Shown: positions 14,001 through 25,132 of the stretch, piece by piece
Position numbering within the stretch: position 1 is the stretch's first letter
How the letters are laid out: each line of letters begins with the position of its first letter
Assembly: GCA_964035545.1 (NCBI GenBank)
Contig: OZ037770.1
Location: 9,244,973 to 9,308,972, forward strand
Direction: 5' to 3'
DNA from: Bugula neritina
Taxonomy: Eukaryota; Animalia; Bryozoa
Length of the DNA stretch: 64,000 bases
Translations under genes and position numbers: made by a program
Notes under the pieces: generated by a model
Told to the model about the DNA's origin: nothing
Databases searched by the model: none
What the model saw: only the letters and a program-made list of their open reading frames with translations

Positions 14001-16086
14001 CTTTAATTTATTTTTTATGCAAAAAAAAAAAAAAAAAAAATTAGTATAATTTTTGACCTGCGTAATATATAAAATAAGATTATCTCCCTTAAGTTTCAAT
14101 AATTTACAATAACTGCCACTCTCTATTCTTTGTGTCATGCGTAACGTCTAACATAACATAATATTTTTTGAATTTCATTCATTGCTACTCTGAAGATGGG
14201 TACAGTGGTACCCGAAATATCAGTGTAATTACTTTACCTAATAAAGTAATAAATAACAATGTTTCTCGTATACCTATTTATATATATATATACAGGGATG
14301 TAGTGGCAAAAATGTTCTAGGCCATACTCTCAGGCCGGGGGTCCAGGGGGCCGCCCAGGCCCCCGGCGGGGTCCGGGGCAGCGCCCCGGCCGCCGAAGCC
14401 CTCAGAGCGCTTCTGATGCAAATTTATGCAATTTAAAGCCATTGTGAATTCTAATTCTTCTGAAAAAAATATGTGTTGAAATGTGCACCTCACTATTATT
14501 TTCATACCATACCCGCTACATGACGACTGGGCATTGCTGCAAACTATGTATAAATATTCAGTATTGTCCCATACCTGTTGACTGTAATTTTAAATGTAGT
14601 CTTACTCAACTGACACTAAGTCCAACCTGTACAGAAAAATTGCTGAAGATCTCAAAAAGATGGAAGGATAGAGACAGGTAACAAGTGCTCTCCAAATGTA
14701 ACCTGATCACTTTAAATAACCAATACACTGCCGTGCACAGAAAAAGAATAATAGAACAGAACAGAGGAAGATTGCAAATCAGAAAATGTGTGTTGGTTAT
14801 TTATAAAGAGCAATTTGAATTGATAACTCATTGGCAAGCAGAAATTGGTTGAAAACCTAGTTGGAGTTTATTAGAGTATAGCCTACTAGTCTAATCCATA
14901 AGGGGATACCACCGCACCTCCTTGCACACAATAAAGCACACCAAAGAAGAGTATGTTAACTTGGTTTTAAAGTAAAACCTCTGAGCTTCCACTAGACACA
15001 TCAAGGAAATATACCCAAAAGAACAAATTTGACAGGTTCAATATGTGTTAACCTAGAAGATGATTAAATGTAAAGCCAGACTTTAGTACAATCAAACATA
15101 AAAGGTTACTTATGGTGGTGTATAGTTTGCAAAACCTCATTGCATTGATAATTAACATGGAATAACGCAACCAAAATGTGGATATAGTACCTGTAGACCT
15201 CAGTGATAAATTTTCATTAACCTCTCCTACACACCTGCATGGTATTGTTTCCTGAAGACATTTTGATTTTATTTCTGGATTTCATGTTGGTTTTTTTCCA
15301 AATTTCATTGCTTATTGACAAAATGCAAGTCCACACAAGATAAATAATGGCAACTTTCTAGCTGACACTGCCTTGCTGAGGCCACATTATTGGTATATTA
15401 TAAGAATTCAGTCCCGCCAAATAAAACCATACTTAATTGTGCTAGAATTAAAATTTAAAAACTATGTTTTAGATCTTCCTGTTCCTCAGAGCACCTGATT
15501 TTTCGAATTTTCAATATTTTTTTTGCAAGGTTATAGACAAAAATCTACTATTTTGGCCAATTTTACCTGAAAAGTTTATTTTTCAATCCCTGCCAAATAT
15601 CTCAGCAGGAAAGCATAGTATTCGAATAAAACAAACACTGTCGAAAACCTGAGAAATTTATGCATAGCAAACTTTTTTATCTTTTCAATAGCCTTCATAG
15701 ATTTTCTACAAATTAGTGATTTATACACTGAAAATGAAATAATTTTTCCTTAGTAATCACTAATGCGCAGCACTTCGCGCTTCAATGAATACGTAGAGAT
15801 GAGAAGATGGAATGTTGATAGCTGCTTATTATTCATAGTGTAATCTCAGGCTAAACAATCACAAGTAGGCAACACGCATGCCACCCACATAGCATTAACA
15901 TAACAAGAACTTAAACTAGATTGTGAGCGAAATTTATGATGTTCTCAGTGAGGATGCCCTAACTATCCTGTGCACTAATCAGTAACACTTTCAAAAAATA
16001 TATGCCCATACGGGCGTATGGCCAAGAACAGCCTATTTTATTCTAGGCCATACGGCGTATGGGACCGTATGGGTACCACTACATCC

Positions 16087-16117
<31 letters not shown>

Positions 16118-16784
16118 ACTTAGAACTGATAGTTTTAGAGTTAAACCTTCACTCACCTTTTGCTCTCCTCAACTGAAGTGTGTGGAAGAAGTTGCTGCTT
16201 TGACCTTTTTAACCTTGACCCCAGTTGGGTTAACTCCCTGTTGTTATTTGGTCCTCTTTTCTGACTAGATTGGTCATCAGTAATGCTCTTTAGTGACTGG
16301 GTTATTTATAAGTATATTATATATTAACTTTCTGTAATTTAGTAAAATTAAGAGGGGCATAATTCTATAGCAGAGTATTTTTAAATACAAAATGGTGATT
16401 TAAGTTTCCTGCATATTGCTTCTTACAAATAACTTTTAACCAGCTTAGGTAAAGTGAGAATCTAGAATACAGAAGATCTATGTTGTGTATTTCATAGCCA
16501 TGCAATTAGAAACTCAGACCCAGTGAAGAGTTGACACTAGCCATGAATAGTGTCAACTCTCACTGCAGTATCTCTATCAGGGTAAAATTTGACTGAGTCT
16601 CAAGGAGATAACATAGGGCTCAAAATTACATTAAAAAATTTGCTCAGCCTAGTTATTACTTTTAACAAATTTATTAAAATGTATAAAAGATGCTGTTTTT
16701 GAGGTAATTCTATTCCTAATTAATAAATAGTTAAATACATATATCACAACATAAATATTATAATACACTAATTTGGCTTACCAT
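2597..16784 (-). CDS. 517-aa protein: long low-complexity N-terminus plus C-terminal C19orf81/DUF4732-like domain
   Basis: Exons 16782-16784 (ATG), 16157-16296, 7713-7939, 6874-7038, 6566-6669, 6189-6249, 5615-5729, 5540-5553, 4928-5030, 4157-4358, 3855-3959, 3091-3222, 2597-2779 join in frame (1554 nt). [37 protein letters not shown]...[10 protein letters not shown] aligns without gaps to remembered C19orf81 [37 protein letters not shown]...RHDDLLLGDY. Confidence 0.7.
3318..3630. mobile_element. hAT-type MITE (family A), degenerate copy
   Basis: Ends tagggatgtccaa / ttggacagccctg; near-matching 8-bp TSD gtctaggt/gtctagac; homologous to copies at 27346, 49671 and 63319. Confidence 0.8.
4085..4176. 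repeat. 46-bp tandem duplication spanning an exon end and splice donor
   Basis: cataaaa(g/t)ttgacacctgctactcac(g/c)tgtttatgtgtcagctgtt occurs twice. Confidence 0.9.
5053..5500. repeat. ~36-41-bp degenerate minisatellite next to a splice acceptor
   Basis: Recurring gtactgtaacaatactaaacttat...atagatactatat, about 10 copies. Confidence 0.85.
6078..6182. repeat. ~35-bp tandem repeat (3 copies) next to a splice donor
   Basis: tggtgtttgacagt occurs three times. Confidence 0.75.
7427..7643. repeat. (GT)n/(GC) compound microsatellite
   Basis: Direct reading of the sequence. Confidence 0.95.
8253..8302. repeat. (TA)n microsatellite, left border of the TE cluster
   Basis: Direct reading; further (TA)n segments at 11006-11088, 14281-14292 and 16090-16117. 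Confidence 0.95.
8355..8407 (-). ncRNA. Minimal type I hammerhead ribozyme (inverted pLTR copy of PLE1)
   Basis: Exact reverse complement of 10825-10877. Confidence 0.85.
8640..9047 (-). pseudogene. Inverted copy of the PLE1 GIY-YIG endonuclease C-terminus
   Basis: Translation identical to the end of ORF 9366-10592. Confidence 0.9.
9063..10592 (+). pseudogene. PLE1 RT-GIY-YIG ORF, 5'-truncated and frameshifted near 9355
   Basis: Frame A has CRLINP and [10 protein letters not shown]. Frame B has [50 protein letters not shown] and CNLCLWEK. Confidence 0.9.
10825..10877 (+). ncRNA. Minimal type I hammerhead ribozyme in the PLE1 pLTR
   Basis: tctaacac CTGAGGA gtgcag-ttta-ctgcac GAA ac-tatata-gt C gtgtaaga. 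Stems I and II pair, stem III is palindromic, and predicted cleavage follows GUC at 10869. Confidence 0.88.
11175..11221 (-). ncRNA. Minimal hammerhead ribozyme (inverted pLTR copy of PLE2)
   Basis: Reverse complement of 14182-14228. Confidence 0.75.
11478..12236 (-). pseudogene. Inverted copy of the PLE2 thumb/GIY-YIG region
   Basis: Near-identical to the C-terminal 252 aa of ORF 12282-13910, with 4 amino-acid differences. Confidence 0.9.
12303..13910 (+). CDS. PLE2 reverse transcriptase plus GIY-YIG endonuclease (N-terminally truncated, otherwise open)
   Basis: Motifs [74 protein letters not shown]. Confidence 0.9.
   Translation: MNKKDYINKCLEILNTPKFSICSTDPTKTTENRIQLELRSIKKHFSDTEYKRIYPTGSAPGKFYGMAKIHKLKQGDGIEKLQMRPIISNIGTASYQLAKYLAKMLKPLSESESNIESTDSFLTYIRQLHIPANHQLISFDVVSLFTSVPLDYTISAIINDIYEKQRIQTTIPKKKMINLLNLCTKQVHFTFNDIIYTQTDGVAMGSPLGPIIANIFMTKLEQKVIPKLNSMSPWVRYIDDTFATIDPDYINTTLNTLNNFHPNIKFTHELETNKSLSFLDVTVLRHNSSVETTVFRKPTHNDTYLHWNSFSLKTWKLSTLKSLVLRANKICSTPALKTQELNYIRNVFEHKNGYPKYVIEKTINNIGDGLLSEKDNKKHILLQLPYKGVTGEKLIRSLNKLITDSFSNELNARILFKGTPLSSHFNLKDKTNKEHIHNLVYKITCPEATCQQTYVGETGRRLSHRIHEHCHDINSKIYQHISTTNHGNISIDNVIVLNHSFKGIHHRKVAEALYIKQIKPQLNKQNYSIPLKLYQ
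14182..14228 (+). ncRNA. Minimal type I hammerhead ribozyme in the PLE2 pLTR
   Basis: ttgctact CTGAAGA t gggtac-agtg-gtaccc GAA atat C agtgtaa; predicted cleavage follows AUC at 14221. Confidence 0.78.
14293..16089. mobile_element. Non-autonomous TIR DNA transposon (hAT-like), 1797 bp
   Basis: Perfect 14-bp TIR cagggatgtagtgg/ccactacatccctg, GC-rich subterminal region, repeated ccatac motifs, (TA)n on both sides, no transposase ORF. Confidence 0.85.
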
Positions 16785-17997
16785 GCACTTTTTTTTCACA
16801 ATGTCAAATGTTTTTTAAAAATATTCTGTCAGCTTTTACTTATTTTGTGTTTCTTTTTAGAGACAAATGAATATTATCGTATGATTTGGTGATAGGCTAC
16901 TGACCAGAAGTTACCATGATTGATTTATTATTATAAATTATTATTATAACGTATATAACTCATTGTTGCACATAGCTATTCTATTGCTAATGTTTGTAGA
17001 ACAATGGAGAAAATTTCAAAAGTTGACTATAGTTGAAAGTCAACGTCATTAAAAGCCTAAGGCTAAAGTGAGTGTGTATAAGTGTAGTTGCCTCACCGTG
17101 CCTTTTGAACAAGGCCAAGATGTAATCCACAGCATAATGCTTATCATTATGATTATCTATTCCTGGTTATATAATTTACACTTCACCTACAGTTACAAGG
17201 CATATAGTAACATGAAGTCTTACCAGTCTAAAGTCAATTTCCTTGCCCCTGTAGTGTCCAGAATTAAGTTGTTTTTTGTTAGAATTATGCATGTTGAAAA
17301 CACACTGTTGAGGAGTAGAAAAGTAGTTTAATTGCTTGGCAAAACAATGCAAATATTTTAACAAAATTCTTGATTGTGTTTGTTGATTGTTGAAGAAAAG
17401 CATATTTGTATTAATACTGCTTATAAAAAATCAATTTTAGTTAGTTATTTGTAAAAGAAAATAAAGCATTTCTCACATTTCTTAAAATTTCCAATAACAT
17501 GTAGTACTGTAAAAATATTTAATATAGAGAAGTTGCCATTCTCTTTTTTATTTTCTTATTATATATTATTAAAATAGTCATTATATTTTATTATGATATT
17601 ACAATTATATTATATTACACACTATGGTAATAAGACTATAACAATATAAACAATATATACCATTGTGACTTCTAAGTGAAACTGTTTATACAAAATTATA
17701 AGAAGATATCTTATAGTTATAGAATTATAGCTACTCGGTGAATTTAATATAAGAAGTACTACTGGCAAGAAATAAAAGCATAAAACTACTTTTTGAAAGA
17801 TCGTTACAAAATGACAAAAAAGTATACTGTGGTATATATAATTCATAGCTTACATATGTTGATAGTGTAACTGGCAACACATGGCACAATAAATAATAAA
17901 TATACGTATAATGTGCATACACTTTGTAGGATACAAGAAGCTGATAGAATACTAAGTTTATCATTCACATTCACATTGTTTACAGAGCTAATCAGTA

Positions 17998-19245
17998 TCA
18001 TTCACACTGGAAGAGATGACTTTGGAAGCTATTCTCTTGCTCAGTATTGGGTTCACAAGGTAGTTTGGGTAGTCTCATTACCTCCCCTGATAATCCTGTA
18101 AAAATAACACAGTTTTTTTATTTGAATGAAAAGAACAGGTTGACATCAGGGCAAACTAAACATTAATCTATTTCCTATCAGCTACCTGATATTAGCTATT
18201 ATAAGCTATGATTTTAGGTAAAAATGGCACACAGAATAATGGCACAGGTATAAGTCTCATTACCTCCCCTGATAATAAATATTCAACATGATCAACTGGA
18301 AACAAATCTGGTTAGCTTACAAAGATAAATATAAGTTACATAAAGCTGAAGATATATTAGATAATTAAAGTATACAAACTACATCAGAAAAAAAGAGAAT
18401 GTGTATAAACAAGAGATATATGAAATACTGTGCAATATATAAGCAAATAACTTATATATTAAGTTATATGATGCTATTTTTGTCATGTTATTTTAAATTG
18501 AATTACATCATAGAAAATTATTATATTATACCTAATGGATAGCTTTATATATATTCACCATTAGAGTATGATATAAAGCTGTTTATAATTTTTGAGTAAC
18601 ATGTACAGCATATAACGATAGGAATAAATTTTGCAGTAATTTAATATAAGAAAATAATATGCTTCAGAAATACATGTAAATATGGTTCGTGTAACTAAAA
18701 GACTGGAGATGTATTGAAGTGTATTTACTAGCGTAATAGTGTGTGCATTCTGAAGTTTTTCGAGAATTCATAACTTTGTTTGCTTCTGACAAAAGTTGTA
18801 TCTAAGCAGTAAATACTCACTTCTGATTGAGTGATTGAAGTCGTACTGAAAAAGAGAGCTGAGTTGTGGAGTCAGCTGAGTCACCACCAGCTGGTAGTCA
18901 AGGCTAGAAAATCTAGCAACTGCTAGATAGAACTCTACAAATACACACAGAGACTTTTAGACCAAGATTCTAACACAAATATATATGTATTAAATGCTCG
19001 CATGTTGAACATATATACAATCAGCCGCCATTTTCAGCTCTATAAAACTGTTATGCTGACTAGAGATTGTCATTTGCATAAGAATTAATATATGTTACAT
19101 TTATTGGTAAGTTAGTGCGTGCGTGCGTACGTGGGTGTGTGCGTGAGTGCGTGCGTGAGTGCGTGCGTGTATGCGTGTGTGCGTGTACATGCGTGTGTGC
19201 GTGTACATGTGTGTGCGCGTGTGTGTGTGTGTGTGCGTGTGTGCG

Positions 19246-19277
<32 letters not shown>

Positions 19278-22200
19278 CGTGTGTGTGTGTGTGTGTGTGC
19301 GCGTGCGTGTGCGTGTGTGTGTAGTTATACACAAGTACATAGCCATAGTTACCAGGGTTGAGTATAATATAATATAATATAAAACATTGTATTATAGTAT
19401 AATATAATACAATGTAGTATAATCACCAGGGTTGAGAATAGATCTGAACCTGGCCTTCCCATCAGGCATCCTAATAATCTCAAAGAATCTCTCATCCACT
19501 ACATTCATATTTCTGATGTCTGGAGTTGAGAAGAAAGAGTTCTGACTTCTAGCCACATCGTCATAAAACTATAATAATATGTGTAATATAGCATAATAAT
19601 ACTATAATATGAGTACATTACATGTTATCTGTATAATTGGTAATAGATGGTGACTATAAAACCAACTAAAAACAGAAGTTTTCTATCATAGTTCAATAAG
19701 AAACTTTGAAATAACACTAATAGTAGCAATAACAAGTTTAAAAAATTTAGGTGCGGAATATTTGGAGCAAAGAATATGTACGACATTTGTATTTGTTGAC
19801 CCATAGTATCATTTATATGAAATAAATTAGGATAAATACAAGCAAATGGAGCAGTGAACTAGTGGCTAATGCTGGATTGTAAACCTATCTTTTGCTCTAT
19901 AGCATATGTCTTCTTAGTTCAGATACATTCCGTATTATATAGTGTTCATATTTAATAATTCATATGTGGCATAAGTTCTCATGTAATAAGTTGAAGCCTG
20001 TACCTAAAGGATATTTCTATATTAACCACTATAACATAATACATGAATATAGACTCACTTTGAAGTTGATAAGTGCATATGACACGCAGACTCTTTGACT
20101 AGGCAGTATACAATGTATATGAGAAGTTATAATTTTACCGTCAGTTGTATTCGGAGAAAGGTAGTGCATCTAAAAATATGCATTAAATAAGAATTCATTC
20201 ATATAAAACTGAGTTTATAATCCTTGTGAGAAACCCCTGATGGAAAGGGTTTTTGTTAAAGCGGGCTAAGGACTTATTCATATAGGGCCCAAGAGCAATT
20301 ATGACTGGATGCTTTTTCTAACATCACCAATGACCTTTGTAGTGGTTTGAACCCATGACTTTGTGTTTACTAGGCAAACGCTCTAACCCCTAGACCATGG
20401 CTGCTCCTTAAGAATTTATTCATATGACGATAACATATTATAAAAAGACTTTGCACCTTGATTTTTAAGTTTTGCTTTTCTTCTGAAATTTAAAAGCGGC
20501 TTAAGGAAATATTGTTTAGATTCTAGACAATAATTTAATGCCAATGGCATGGTATTTCACTAGATATATTTTAAAATATGAAACTTTAAGTCTGCATGAT
20601 TATTAAAACTGTCACTTTGTAAGAGTATGATTTGAATATGTGCACATTATATCTATTATTTTATTAGACAAGAGATAAACATAATAGCTACATTCCTTGT
20701 TTACAAAAGTTATGAGATACTAGGAGAGTGATACTGAAACTTGAAAGAACAATACTTCATTATATTTTGTGAAGTGTTTCAGCTCTAATTACCAATTGGT
20801 AATTAAATATATAATTTGATTATCATTAGATGTGACATTATGATAATAATGCAAATATATAATTAAATATAAAGCATTATATGATCAGATATAATATTAT
20901 TATAGAATAAACAATGAGTATGCAGTAATACACTATGTTCCCAAGCTTAATTTACGCAAATGAATTTTTCATTTTCAACTCAACAACCTTAAGTTCATGC
21001 AAACTACACGATGAACATCCATGTGAAGGCATGGAAAAGCAGTGTATCAGTGTATTAGAATAACAAAATATAACTCGAGATTGTTACACAGAAAAAGTTA
21101 TTATACAGGATGCACATGTCACTATTTTAACCAACCTGATTAGGATGTCGGAAGACCACAGCTTGTGAGTGTAGAATAGTTCCATTGCTAGTGAATCTCT
21201 TGAAGAGACCCCAATTAATCACCTCAAACAGCAACTCTGCAGAAAATAAACTACATTAGAATGTTGAGGAATGGTTTTATGTAACTGTTATATAACCATA
21301 ACATGGTGCGATAATTCCAAATTTTAGCTGTAGACTTTGGAAAATAACTTGTATTTATTAACTAAAGTTACTGATTTAATATGAAAAGTTAAACCTATTG
21401 GTCATGCAACAAAAATAGTTGCATAATAAATGTATTCTATGCTACTAAGTAATTATGTACTAAGAATGTACTAAGAATTAATTGGAATGTGGCAATGACA
21501 AATTTCTTCTACTAACTATATAGTATGCTACCAGACTAGCTCGATAAACAGTATATGAAAACAGTTATTGCACAACATATTATTTTGACAGAACTATTGA
21601 ATTGCTCTGGCTTGGTAAGGGATAGTATTGAGACAGCTTTAGCAAACCGACACAAATAATACAGGGAACTGCTTTAAGCTATGACATTGAAGACAAACAA
21701 TAATCAGTTATTAAACATGCGGTAAGGTTTAAGTTTCTCAGTAAGACAGTATTAGGAAGACAATAACTAACATCTAACTCCGCATTTTGAACTTGATACT
21801 TATGTTTTAACTATTTAATATTTTTGCTATAGTTTCTCATATGGGTAGAGCTTTACATGTTCTGTAGTCAGTTTGCTATTTCTGTCACTTTATGGCTTAA
21901 ATAAAAAATTATTATATACTCAAATAGAAACTTACTATCAGGAGAAGTGACATGGGAGGCAGCCACAACAGACACCTTTGGCTGATTGTCAAATAGCAAA
22001 GTAGCTGTGGTGTCTGAAACAGAAATTAAGGCATTAACTGCACACAACGTAAATTATTAAAGAGAAAAAATTAATCACAATGCAGCTAATTTTTAGTAAA
22101 AATAAACTGTTGCATATGTGCATTGTTTTCAGGGTTTCACATAGTTGAATCTGAGTTATACATGTATACATATAATATGGCGACATTATGGTTTTGATTT

Positions 22201-25132
22201 TTATTTCTTGTTTTATATTTTTAGTAAAGACTTTAAAATTTCGCAACTTTTTTTTATTTATAGTCAGCCAATAGCTTGTTGATTTTTTAGCACAGCATCT
22301 ACGTAATGTCTGCTTGAAAGTTATCCTTCCGCAAAGACAACTGTTTTAGACTATTAACTTCTGGAACGACTATTTTAAAGTAATAGAAGGCTAAAGTACT
22401 TATATAGCTGAAGTATACAGCTAAATTATAGAGTAATGTACATATGACCATATACTAGACTTACCCATACTGTTAATTCTGAATGTAACATTAAGACGAG
22501 TTCCTTCAAATGCTGTGGAATTGATTCTAGTGATGTACGGCCAGGATACCCAAGTGAAACTGTTTGGGAGATAAACCAATGACAGCAGACTGTCGGATGA
22601 CAGAAAGCCATTTCTAGATTCTATTTATAAAACAACCGAATTGTTACAACCTGTTTAAGAGCTAAATAATAAATTTTAGGTAATAATATATTACAAAAGT
22701 ACAGTTATACACTATAAAGTATTTCATCTAAAACAGGTTACAAAACAACTTTGATAACATTTTATTCCAATTGCACAGTACTGCTTCTAGTTTTAAAAAC
22801 ACATTCATATTTTGCATGTATTAAACACTTGGTAACCTACTGACCAATTTCAAGCAGGTCAAGGCTCTGCCCTCTGGTGTATACAAACAGTCTCTGGTCA
22901 GATCCACTCGTGAATGGAGCTCCATCATCAACCTGCCAAACAAAACTAGTATCTGAATCAAAACTTATTATTTTTATAACCAATTTCTGCTTGACTGACA
23001 AGCTAACTAACCTTATAAACATAGTGATTAGTGCATGTTTGGCCAAAGATCATTTTATTTAAATACATAGCTTTTAGCAAAATATATTTTGCTTAACTTC
23101 AACTTCAGAATGCAGTTAATCTATTTAAAAAGAAATCAAAATACTTTTAAAATATTCTTTGACAAAAATGCTATCAAAAGGGAAAATGCTTTTTTCACCT
23201 TAATTAACATCCCAATTATCAGCACCAAAAATTAATTATAAATGTTTAACCGGATGAGGAATTTTTTAAATAGCAAGCGCCAATTTTAAACAATCTGCGC
23301 TTCTAATATAAATAAAAGCACCCGGAAATGACTCACCACTAAATCAGGAACACTGTCAGATCCAGTATTTGCCAAGTAGTAGCGCTGGTTGTTGATTGGT
23401 TGTGATCTGATGGTAAATAAATCTTGGTTTCTGTCACTACACGAGTAGAATCTCAACTCAAACAGAACTGCAATGAAAAACATAAACCTGGGTTTTTGCT
23501 TGGGTTTATTGATTTTAAAACGATTTAAAAAAATCAAAGTCACTTAATTACAGTTTTGTTACAAAATAAATTGCTTAACTGCCACCTGCTTTCTTTGAAA
23601 AAAATTATAAACCAATTATTTACATTTTAAATTTCTTATTAAGGTATTTTATAACAAAGCCTGTGTTATTTCATTAAAATAATGGCTATACCTCCATACC
23701 TGAATCATAAGCAGTATACAGCTACACACTCTTTGACTCAAACGTATATCTCCGTAACAAAAATTGGATTCAAATTAACCAAATAAAAGAAATTGTAACC
23801 AAACCTATCAAGTTAACCATAAATCACCTTGAATTATATTATAGTGCTTAAGCATATAAATTCTGGCACTCATTCTTCATAGCGCATTAACACAGTGGGA
23901 GACTATTCTTAATTTTAAAATCAAAAACCTTCGCTAAGCTTTGAGATCGTTAGCTATGGGTTTAATAGTGTCAACGCAGACTATTAAACAAGATACTTTT
24001 TGTAAAAACTGATCATACTAATAATTTTTTTTTACATAAGCTGAAAAGTATTTTTCATAATGTTACTGAACTAAATGTTTTATGATCCAGCAGTTTACAT
24101 GCTGACAAAATAATATATACATTGCTATATAGGCTTTAAAAACACGAATTGGTACTCTAAGCCTAGGGCCACACGGTGCGTATTTTCGCATGCAAAAATT
24201 GAAATCACAAGTAGCAAAGGTGTCCACTGTGCGCGTTGAGAAAACCTTCGCACTTGTCGCTCAGCATTCTCAACGCAAGTGCGAATCGTCTCTGTCGTCG
24301 TCACCTAATTGGCTGGTAGCTATTCAGCAAGCCCAATTTCTTTATTTAGTGCTATATTCCAGTAAATTGCGTTTTATTGAAAGCGAGTGCGATTTAAAAA
24401 TGAAAGCTTTATTTATCACGCATCACTGACGCTACAGTGGACACCTTTGCTACTTGTAATTTTAATTTTCGCATGCGAAAATACGCACAGTGTGGCCCTA
24501 GGCTTACAGTTGCTATTCTGAGCAGAATCATAGCTTTCCATGATTACTGTTGGTGTTGGTTCTCCATTTTCTATTTTCAAATGTAAAGACGACAGACTAA
24601 GAGATAAAAAGTTGAGGCTGCTGAGCTCTTCTGGTATGCAGTCACCTGCAATTATAAACACTATTTAGTCTAAAAATCTAACAAATTAATATGTTTATTT
24701 TGTAATAAATAGTTTTAGCTGATTGATTATTTTGATCTTAAGGTTCTATTTTTTCGTAGAAGTAATAATTTTTTTAACTCAGGCTTACGATTTTCTAACA
24801 TATTTGAAGACAACCAACTGCATATGGTCTTTGCGAGAAAAGGCTCAATAAGGTATATAAAAGGCTCAAAGATGTTTCCAACAAAAATACTTTTTAAAAA
24901 GTGTCTAGTATCAACTGACATAATAAAATTTTAGCTTGAGCAAACATTTTTATACAATCATAAGAATTAGGATTTTAGTGTAATAACAATAAATAACAAT
25001 ATACACACAACAGAAATGTCTCATGAACTATAACCATGTATTTTATAGATTATACGTACCTTGAGCAGATGCCAATACTTCCAGGACCACAAGCACACTT
25101 GCTATAGCTAGATGATGCATTTTGATTGACAT
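17998..25132 (-). CDS. Secreted 409-aa protein with two IL-1-like beta-trefoil repeats, paralog A
   Basis: Exons 25060-25132, 24508-24645, 23337-23467, 22845-22932, 22465-22620, 21936-22013, 21136-21236, 20059-20169, 19427-19568, 18821-18934, 17998-18095 join in frame (1230 nt). Signal-peptide-like MHHLAIASVLVVLEVLASAQ; exon-by-exon homology to paralog B. The gene model is well supported; the fold is inferred. Confidence 0.8.
19114..19322. repeat. (GT)n/(GCGT)n microsatellite
   Basis: Direct reading of the sequence. Confidence 0.95.
20205..20408 (-). mobile_element. tRNA-derived SINE, copy 2
   Basis: Homologous to 1362-1582; TSD taagaatt(c/t)attcatat. Confidence 0.85.
24160..24504. mobile_element. 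TA-flanked MITE (family B) with ~70-bp TIRs
   Basis: TIR agcctagggccacac..gtgcgtattttcgcatgc...; TA on both sides; near-identical inverted copy at 58680-59025. Confidence 0.92.

Larger units (their letters stand above)
11089..14282 (+). mobile_element. Penelope-like retroelement 2 (Penelope/Poseidon-like), 5'-truncated, with inverted pseudo-LTR
   Basis: 11121-12301 is an inverted copy of ~13087-14282; RT plus GIY-YIG ORF; flanked by (TA)n. Confidence 0.92.

Noticed and set aside
16521-16565. Short intronic hairpin (similar short inverted repeat near 56145-56212)
   Set aside because: Single short occurrences with no family or functional context.
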